Shown piece after piece: positions 57,665 through 64,000 of a DNA stretch of 64,000 nucleotides (position 1 is its first letter; each line of letters starts with the position of its first letter). The position numbers and the translations under genes are program-made. Source of the DNA: Planctomycetota bacterium (GTDB taxonomy: Bacteria > Planctomycetota > UBA8108 > SXIK01); assembly GCA_965223265.1 (NCBI GenBank), contig OZ244999.1, positions 448,001 to 512,000 on the forward strand, read 5' to 3'. The notes under the pieces are model-generated. The model did no database searches, was not told the origin of the DNA, and was given only the letters and a program-made list of their open reading frames with translations.

Positions 57665-57773
57665 GAACTCAGAATAGCACAGGCGCGTCGGCGGGGAAAT
57701 GACTCCGATCGCATCCGTACTGCGGGCCGTGTGCGCCACCAAGCCACTGCACACGGCTGAGGTGGTGGCAGCT

Positions 57774-60700
57774 CTACACGCGTTTGCCGCGACGCAAGTA
57801 GATCCCAATCAGTAGCACGAAGCTGAGCGGCACGGCGACGAGAGCCGCCAAGCGGGCTGTGCTTCCCTCACGTCGCTGGACGATTTCCAGTTCGGCATCG
57901 CCTCCCGAACGGTGGAACGTGAGCATGAGCCCACCGCCCGACTCGGGTTTCACCTCGAGGCCTGGCAGCGAACCGAGTCCGGCGGCAGCGTCAAGCCCCG
58001 GCAGGCCGCCGCGCGCCTTCAGCTCTGACTCGGCCGCTTTCGATACGTTCGAGCTGACGAGCGCATCGACGCTCAGACGGCGCAGCCCATAGAAGCGTGA
58101 ACCCTCGGTGAAGTCTCTATAGGAGCGCTGCGCAGCGGGGCGCTGTTGGTCGTTTCTGGACGTCTTCCTCGCGCCTTTCGTCTCGCGCCAGTAGCGTCGC
58201 TTAAGAAAGTTCGTCGTGTCTTCGAACGACTGTTCCACTTGACTGCGATCCGCTGAATCGTCGACTTGATCCGCCTGGTTGTTGAGTGTGCGGAGGTCCT
58301 TCTGGGCTCTCTGCGCGTCCTCAATGAGGCGCCCTTGGGAAAGGCGTTGCTGGCGAAACTTCGTCTCCCCGTCCGCTTCAGGGGCGCGGAGATTGGCTTC
58401 GAGACCGTAGTTGCTCTGTAGTTCAGCGAGGTTGTCGCCCAGTTCACGTTCGAGACGGCTGAGCTCCCCAAGCGCTTGCTGTCGCAATCGCTTCGAGTCG
58501 GATTCGAGAGCTACCTTGGTGATTTTTTCTTGTTGCTCCAGGAGGTTCTCGACCTTCTTTGCGTACTGTACACTCGCTGAAACTTCGCGAACGTTGCCGC
58601 CGCGGTGTCGCGCCACCACGCCGGAAGGAAACTCTATTTTCCACAAGGTCTCGATGACCTTGACGCCCTTCACTTTCGGCGCGATCAATTGCGTAACGCC
58701 TCGGAACTCTGCCAGATCGAGCTTCGGTTCCTCGTAGCGCAGCGCGACCTGTAAGTCGAGATGGGCAGCGCCCACGTATTCGATCGGGATCTCGATCGTG
58801 CGACCGCCGCCGCTCTGGGGCGCTGCACTTTGACCGACAGACACGGCTCGGCCGTCCAACGTCACACCCCACAGCTCAGCACCGGGAGGCAGCTCGACGA
58901 CGAGGAATTGAAGACTGCGGTTGTGGAGCGTGAACACCACTTCGGTTCGAGTCGTGCCGTCGCTGCCAATGATGGTCGAGAGCTCCGCCAGCTTGACGAG
59001 TGCAACGAGTCCGCTTGCTTGTTCGATCTCCTGGGTCTCAAGTGTCAAACGCCAGTCGAGCGCAGTAGCTCGATATGCCGGCTTGAGGTTTTTTCGTGCC
59101 ACCCCTTCCGGGACGAAAGGAAAGTCGTCGGCGCTCGCTGGAGAGAGACCGCGGCGGTCGCTTTCGGCGAGCAGCACGGCGGGAGTCTGGAGCACGCCGA
59201 GGTACGCATCGACCGCATCGAGGACTTCACCTGCGTCGTACAGTGCCAGCGGCGCGAACGTCGGGGCTTCGCCGGCCGTCCTTGGCACGCGAAACGCAAC
59301 GTCGACTGTCTGCGTCCCGGTGCGGGGTGACTGCAGGACGACCTCCACCTCTGTGCCACGAATATGGCGCGTGCGTTGGTTGTCAGTGTCGACGCTTAAG
59401 AGCTGCGCACCCTGCGGCAGTTGAAGCCGAAAACGGTCACGCGGGGCGAAGCGAATTTGGTACGCGATGCGAGTATTGTAGTAGAGATAGTCGTCGGCGA
59501 TGCGCGCGAAGCTGACCGTTGTGGCGGCAAGGCGACTGGGACGCCGCCGCGCCGCAACGACCAGCGGGTTCGTCGGTCGTCGCGCCCGGTATCCGAAGCG
59601 GACGGACTCACCTGACCCAAGATGAAGCCACGACGGCGCGCGTTCTACTTTGATCGACTCCCAGCGTTCCGTGACAACCGGTGTGAGATCGAGGGCGTCG
59701 TTGGCGGCGAGGGTCCATTCGATCGTTTCGTTCACGCGAGCACCGTCGGGAGAAATAGCACGGACGTTCGGCAGCGTCAGGTCGTCTGCGACGTTGTCGA
59801 GTCGCAGCTCTGCCGCCCACGTGACCTCAGTGCCGATCTCGGAGCGGCCGCTGAAGTGAACGATGACGCGCTCCCCGGCAGCAGTCGACACCACTTCCCA
59901 GAATCGCATATTCTCGGACTCGACAGTGTGCACCCACCAGCCTGCAGGTAGATCAATGACGTGCCGCAGCGCGCCAGGCCGCGACTGCGTGTAGCGTGAC
60001 TTTGCGACGAATGCGAGACGCTCCGGGTGGAGAATCGAGACGACGTTGGTTTCGATGGCTGCGTCAATGGTGATGGGGCCGACGCCCAGAATCTCACCGC
60101 CACCGTGTCCATGGATGTGGTGGAGACGATCCGGTGCCGCAGATCGCGCCTGAGGAAAGAGCCGAACGACCTCCGCCTGCGAGACGCGTTGAACGTTCGC
60201 CAAACTATCGCCGTCGAAGCGCTCGGCAGGTGAATGCCGCAGACCGACGTACGTCTCCTGGCGGGCGGCGTCGATGAGTTCGAGCGTCGGGAGATCGAAT
60301 CGATCGCTACTGGAGGCTAATCCGGTGATGGCAACGGTCGCCTGGTCGAACGGCTCGGAAAAGAAGAGTTCGAGCACTCGAGCGGCATCGCGAGCGCCTG
60401 GTTCGCTGTCTTCGGTGTCTGCTTCTGCGAGTGCGACGACGTTCCACTCGCTCAGGCGCGGAGCGTCGACACCGGTGATGTTCCAGTCGCCGTGAACTCG
60501 GAAACGCAGGGTATCGATATGGCGGCCGGTCGCGCGGACGGCGTCGAGACGTCTGACAATCACCCCGGCGGTGTGAAGCTCGAGAAGAGTGTAAGACTGA
60601 TCTTCCCAGTGCGCACCGAGGTCTCGCTCCTGACGTGGAAACGACCACTCGATCGTGAGCCGATTCGCCGCGCCGACGTCTGCGACTAGGCGTGTGGCAG

Positions 60701-63700
60701 TATCGTCCTTTTCGATAACTCCCGGGCTCTCAGTGCCAATGATCTTCACTTCTGCTGTCGCGGGAAAGAGCGCCTGCAGTGTTCCGGCTGCGGCTATACC
60801 GAGAGAGCATGCGACGCGGTAAGTGCCGAATTGATGATTGACGTTCGCGGCGAGCTCGAGCAGTAGCTCCCGTTCGCCTCGGCCATGGAGGACCAGCGTC
60901 GGTACGCCATCGCGGGTGCGCAGGCCTGCCGCAGAACCGTCGAGCTGCGCTGAAACCACTTTGAGGCCTTCGAGTGACAGTGGAAGTTCCGTCCAGCGCT
61001 CCGTCAGGACGCGCACGGGGACGCGAGCACGGATGGTCGCTTGACTGCCGCTCACCTCCATTTCATACCGCGCGCTGCCCAGAAGAAACGGAGCTGGCAG
61101 CGTCTCTGCGGTTGGCGCCGGAGGCGGGTTGGCAAGCTGCCACAACTCGCCAAAGCGTTCCTCGGGGACGTAGACTTTTGGAGTTTCGTCGCCACCAGAT
61201 CCTACTCCGTTGTCGTCACCTGTGCCGTAGGGAATGAGGACACCGTCCCACTCACGCGTCAAAGTCGTGTGGTCGGTCGCCGCGACAACTTTTTGTGTCG
61301 CCGGAGTTTCGTTGGCTGCCGCGCCCGCGGTGAGGATCACGCCGGCGATGGTCACCATCCAAAGCGACGTGGTCCCGCGCCAAGCGAAGGTCCTACGTCC
61401 TAGACGCTTTCTAACGGAACGCGACAGCGCCGCGACGGTGCGATAGACCAGCGTGCCAACTGCGAGGAACAGTAGACCTTCGCACAGAGGCACCATGAGA
61501 AGCGGCGACTTCCAGTCGAGCGCGACTGGCAGAGCGGCACACACGAACATGATGTAAGTCCACACGAAAACGCGGCTGCGCCAAGTGCGAAACCGGCGCA
61601 AGAAAAGGGCCCCGAGTGCAATCGCCAGCAAGCCAACGACACGGGCCGAAGCGCGCTCCCAGCGATACGTCCAGTATCCGAGTTCGATCCGCGGATCGCC
61701 GCCGAGCTTGTCGATTTCGATCAGACCACCCGCAGGCGTGAACGTCACAAGCGGACGCCCGCCGCTTGGTTCGCCTTGCTTCACACTTAGCCGCTGTGCG
61801 ACGCCAGAGACTTCTCCTCCTTGGCTGACTGCACCGGCCGCCTCGAACACCGCGCCATCGAGTTGTGGCACTTCGATGGATCTAAGTGTGGGCGTTTCGA
61901 ATAGAGCCCAGCGCGTCTTCCTACCGCGCAGAATTGGCACCAGGAAGCTCTCGAGAAAGTTGGTCGGTGGCGAGCGCCAGGTCGCCTGGCGCCGAACGAT
62001 CGCGTTCGTCTCGAGAGGGGTGAATCGATAGTTCCACGGGTGATAGATGCGCCACGTCGTTTTGGCGACAGGCGTATTGAGGAGGCGTGGGCCATCTTCC
62101 GCCCAGCGATGCGACCCCCAAGTCGGCGCGCCATCTTCGCCGCGCTGTCTCGCCTCACCGCCAGAAGGGCGTTCATACGTGAACAGGACGCGCGAGTACG
62201 ACCGCGAAGGCAGCGGGATCGACACGATCGTCGGGTCGGAATCTCCCGCCGGACGCACAGCTCGGATTGGCTCGCCGTTAACTGCTGCGGCCACTATGCG
62301 GGCGTCGCGCGGTAACTGCACGTCTAGATATTGCGTCTGAGGAGAGCCGAGGAGCAGCTCGGCGCGCGTCCGTGACACGCCTTCGTCGCCGATGAGTGTC
62401 GTCAGCGTCATCTCCTGCACGAGGCGCTGCAAGACGGGGGCACGTTCGTGGACGACGGTCGCGAGCGTTCCGAGATCTCCCTGCACGCGGTAGCGAAAGG
62501 CGCTCAGGAGTCGCCCGTTCTTCCACGGCTCGGCGAACTCTGGTACGTCCTCCATGGCGATGGTCTCGACACCGTCGCCCGGGGCTGCTTTAACCTCGAC
62601 GGCTCCGCGACTCTGGAGCACGACGAAGCGTTCGCGACCGAACACGTCGGAGAGCTCGATCGACGGCAGCGGCCGTGGTGCTGTGACAGTGTGTGCGACC
62701 TCGTACTCGATGCGCAGTAATCTCGTGCCGAGCCAGGGTCTCAGGAAGTGGACCGTGTAGGCTCCTTCGGCGCTCCCCGGAAGCACTTCGCGAATCTCTT
62801 CTCCGAGGATAACCGGCTCGCCGTTTGGAACAGGGAGAAACTGTAGTTCGAGCGTTTCAATGGGGCGATCGACAACTGCGAGACGCACGTCGCCGCGGAG
62901 GCGGAGTGTGGACTCGAGTGCCAGGACATGGGTGACCGCTTGGTATTCGCCGCGTGTGGGTCGGCGAATGAGGCGCACCGTCGCACCTGGCTGTGCCACT
63001 TCTGTCGTCAACGTTGCGACCAAGTCGCGTTCGTGGAGGAAACCGTCAGGGAAGTGGCGGCGATCGAGACCGACTTGTTCGAGCTCGCGCTGCGTCAGGG
63101 AGCGCCAGCCGGGAAGGTCCGCAGTGAGCGTATCGAGTGATGACGGCAGAACCATCCCGAGATCGGTTTGCTGGCGTGCAGCATCACGTAGCCCTGGCAG
63201 TGTGAATGCCAAGTCACGTTCTTCCCACGGCGCGTCGGTGGCGAATGTACGGTGTTCGAGCTGTACACGAAACTCGGCCGAACTGTCGCGCATCAAACCT
63301 TGCTGCAACCGAACGACAACAGCTCTCGCGTCTCCTTCGCCAATTTCCTCGTATTCCACTGCACCTGGAAAGTCCGCCCCAGTCGCGTCCTGGGCGCGGA
63401 TGCCGTGGGCATCACGTATGGCAGCGGCGGCGCCACTGTTCGGCAACGCATTGACGATTGGTGCGAAGTCTTTGAGAACCCAGGGCTCCGGCAAGTTGAG
63501 GGTGAAGGTGAACAGCTTGCCGCGGCGCACGCCGACGCGCAGGACACCGTCGAGTCGCGCGGTTTCTTCTGACACTTGTAGCAAGTACGTTGCGTGGAAC
63601 TCGCTGCGCGGCGCGAGCTCAGCGTCGCGTACGCTCAGGCGCGCCGCGGGTGAGGCGAAGGAGAAGAGGTGGCGCGGCACCGCGTCGATGGCACTCGATG

Positions 63701-64000
63701 AGAGCGGCACGGCCTCATGACGAAGTGACGGCACAGATTCGGCATTGGCTGACAGTTCGAGCATCTGTGACACACCCTCGACCGTCGTTTCGTGGCCGAG
63801 TTGTGAGAACACGGCGACGTAACCGAAGTTGCTCATGGCATTCTCAAGTGCCGGCGGGGCTACGTCGAAGACCTCGCTGCTAGGGTTCAGAGCGGCCGTG
63901 ACCATGACGTCGACCCCACCGAGCCGCGGCTCCTTGAGTGTCAGGTGAAGGTGGGAGTCGGCGGTGCGCCACGAGTCGATCAGTGGCCCGGCGACATCGA
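57774..64000 (-). CDS. Very large (>2070 aa) hypothetical membrane-anchored protein, 5'-truncated by window
   Basis: Frame stays open to the window end; internal TM cluster, late coiled coil and C-terminal TM helix. Confidence 0.8.
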   Translation of the reverse strand, partial: DVAGPLIDSWRTADSHLHLTLKEPRLGGVDVMVTAALNPSSEVFDVAPPALENAMSNFGYVAVFSQLGHETTVEGVSQMLELSANAESVPSLRHEAVPLSSSAIDAVPRHLFSFASPAARLSVRDAELAPRSEFHATYLLQVSEETARLDGVLRVGVRRGKLFTFTLNLPEPWVLKDFAPIVNALPNSGAAAAIRDAHGIRAQDATGADFPGAVEYEEIGEGDARAVVVRLQQGLMRDSSAEFRVQLEHRTFATDAPWEERDLAFTLPGLRDAARQQTDLGMVLPSSLDTLTADLPGWRSLTQRELEQVGLDRRHFPDGFLHERDLVATLTTEVAQPGATVRLIRRPTRGEYQAVTHVLALESTLRLRGDVRLAVVDRPIETLELQFLPVPNGEPVILGEEIREVLPGSAEGAYTVHFLRPWLGTRLLRIEYEVAHTVTAPRPLPSIELSDVFGRERFVVLQSRGAVEVKAAPGDGVETIAMEDVPEFAEPWKNGRLLSAFRYRVQGDLGTLATVVHERAPVLQRLVQEMTLTTLIGDEGVSRTRAELLLGSPQTQYLDVQLPRDARIVAAAVNGEPIRAVRPAGDSDPTIVSIPLPSRSYSRVLFTYERPSGGEARQRGEDGAPTWGSHRWAEDGPRLLNTPVAKTTWRIYHPWNYRFTPLETNAIVRRQATWRSPPTNFLESFLVPILRGRKTRWALFETPTLRSIEVPQLDGAVFEAAGAVSQGGEVSGVAQRLSVKQGEPSGGRPLVTFTPAGGLIEIDKLGGDPRIELGYWTYRWERASARVVGLLAIALGALFLRRFRTWRSRVFVWTYIMFVCAALPVALDWKSPLLMVPLCEGLLFLAVGTLVYRTVAALSRSVRKRLGRRTFAWRGTTSLWMVTIAGVILTAGAAANETPATQKVVAATDHTTLTREWDGVLIPYGTGDDNGVGSGGDETPKVYVPEERFGELWQLANPPPAPTAETLPAPFLLGSARYEMEVSGSQATIRARVPVRVLTERWTELPLSLEGLKVVSAQLDGSAAGLRTRDGVPTLVLHGRGERELLLELAANVNHQFGTYRVACSLGIAAAGTLQALFPATAEVKIIGTESPGVIEKDDTATRLVADVGAANRLTIEWSFPRQERDLGAHWEDQSYTLLELHTAGVIVRRLDAVRATGRHIDTLRFRVHGDWNITGVDAPRLSEWNVVALAEADTEDSEPGARDAARVLELFFSEPFDQATVAITGLASSSDRFDLPTLELIDAARQETYVGLRHSPAERFDGDSLANVQRVSQAEVVRLFPQARSAAPDRLHHIHGHGGGEILGVGPITIDAAIETNVVSILHPERLAFVAKSRYTQSRPGALRHVIDLPAGWWVHTVESENMRFWEVVSTAAGERVIVHFSGRSEIGTEVTWAAELRLDNVADDLTLPNVRAISPDGARVNETIEWTLAANDALDLTPVVTERWESIKVERAPSWLHLGSGESVRFGYRARRPTNPLVVAARRRPSRLAATTVSFARIADDYLYYNTRIAYQIRFAPRDRFRLQLPQGAQLLSVDTDNQRTRHIRGTEVEVVLQSPRTGTQTVDVAFRVPRTAGEAPTFAPLALYDAGEVLDAVDAYLGVLQTPAVLLAESDRRGLSPASADDFPFVPEGVARKNLKPAYRATALDWRLTLETQEIEQASGLVALVKLAELSTIIGSDGTTRTEVVFTLHNRSLQFLVVELPPGAELWGVTLDGRAVSVGQSAAPQSGGGRTIEIPIEYVGAAHLDLQVALRYEEPKLDLAEFRGVTQLIAPKVKGVKVIETLWKIEFPSGVVARHRGGNVREVSASVQYAKKVENLLEQQEKITKVALESDSKRLRQQALGELSRLERELGDNLAELQSNYGLEANLRAPEADGETKFRQQRLSQGRLIEDAQRAQKDLRTLNNQADQVDDSADRSQVEQSFEDTTNFLKRRYWRETKGARKTSRNDQQRPAAQRSYRDFTEGSRFYGLRRLSVDALVSSNVSKAAESELKARGGLPGLDAAAGLGSLPGLEVKPESGGGLMLTFHRSGGDAELEIVQRREGSTARLAALVAVPLSFVLLIGIYLRRGKRV

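Noticed and set aside
1-64000. tRNA or rRNA genes
   Set aside because: No cloverleaf with T-loop and acceptor stem, and no rRNA-like segment, recognised in the intergenic regions.

Overview
GC-rich bacterial chromosomal window, most likely Planctomycetota, judging by the DUF1549/DUF1553 + DUF1501 gene pair. Most of it is housekeeping and transport genes: a Mn/Zn/Fe ABC system with a permease-DtxR fusion, fbp, an NCS2 permease, a CCA enzyme, a sugar ABC system, an SNF2 helicase and others. The standout region is 39.1-48.9 kb. Five head-to-tail copies of an IS110-superfamily element of IS1111-type architecture sit inside a (GAGGCA/GAGGCG)n hexamer microsatellite, each in the same orientation and repeat register. 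The element has a 375-aa DEDD recombinase, subterminal IRs 7/3 bp from the ends and a 475-564 bp 3' non-coding region. That non-coding region holds short matches to both the microsatellite and the predicted circle junction, as expected of a bridge/seek RNA programmed against a simple repeat. The microsatellite flanks a four-helix-bundle gene, and a similar compound repeat lies in-frame in an unrelated ORF. A 26-aa basic sORF missed by the ORF track is also present. All calls come from reading the sequence and motif recognition; no database search was run.
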